IMG/VR virus record: IMGVR_UViG_3300043171_000105
Length of the DNA stretch: 44,730 bases
Source: a virus
Reading direction: 5' to 3' (one strand)
The position numbers and the translations under genes are program-made. Below, piece by piece: positions 44,567 through 44,730 of this stretch; the first letter of the stretch is position 1, and each line of letters starts with the position of its first letter. Below the pieces are notes generated by a model. It was not told the origin of the DNA and did not search any database. It was given only the letters and a program-made list of their open reading frames with translations.

Positions 44567-44730
44567 AGATAACTGCCAAGCCTACCAGACCTCCACTGGT
44601 GACTTCATCTGCAACAGGTGTGGTTACCAGTGGGATCGTGACGACACAGCACCACCGTGTAAGGACACCACTGCGAAGGCGAGTCAGTACACCAGGGATA
44701 AAGAGATGGTTAAGATTAAGGGGTTGTTGA
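44547..44730 (+). CDS. N-terminal part of the junction-spanning Zn-ribbon ORF (continues at 1-132)
   Basis: GTG 44547 is in frame with nt 1-132 across the duplicated end. 62 codons in total on the circular unit. Confidence 0.6.
   Translation, partial: MKNTHSEDNCQAYQTSTGDFICNRCGYQWDRDDTAPPCKDTTAKASQYTRDKEMVKIKGLL
44604..44730. repeat. Terminal duplication, copy 2 (identical to 1-127)
   Basis: Direct comparison of the sequence. Confidence 0.95.

Overview
The window appears to be a complete, circularly closed genome of a tailed dsDNA phage. The first and last 127 bp are identical, giving a unit length of about 44.6 kb. I found no integrase, no phage RNA polymerase, no rRNA and no CRISPR array. 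There are four transcription blocks. (1) 41.0 kb through the junction to 132, plus strand: about 16 tightly overlapping small early genes (a wHTH regulator, Zn-ribbon proteins, micro-ORFs). (2) 4069 down to 228, minus strand: an AEP-primase/SF3-helicase operon. (3) 4234-14433, plus strand: the replication and recombination module, made of an RHH regulator, a Cas4-like DUF2800-type nuclease, a DUF2815-type SSB, family-B-type DNA polymerase, VRR-NUC, SNF2 helicase and a glycosyltransferase. (4) 40291 down to 14430, minus strand: terS, terL, portal, scaffold, capsid, and then a T7-like gene order (gp11-, gp12-, gp13-, gp14-, gp15- and gp16-position genes, tail fibre), followed by a lysis cassette. 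Two divergent regions carry near-consensus sigma70-type promoters, so transcription probably depends on host RNAP. The items most worth follow-up are: a 2555-aa ejection protein in the gp16 position that looks like a polyvalent effector (two tandem H-Y-E ADP-ribosyltransferase-like modules plus an HExxH zincin, flanked by membrane segments); a non-canonical ~118-nt tRNA-like / tmRNA-TLD-like element ending in ACCA; two long imperfect GCT-triplet tracts that encode Ala/Pro linkers in two replication proteins; and repeated motifs and strong hairpins around terS and the 710-bp control region. All family assignments rest on motif recognition by eye. No database search was run.
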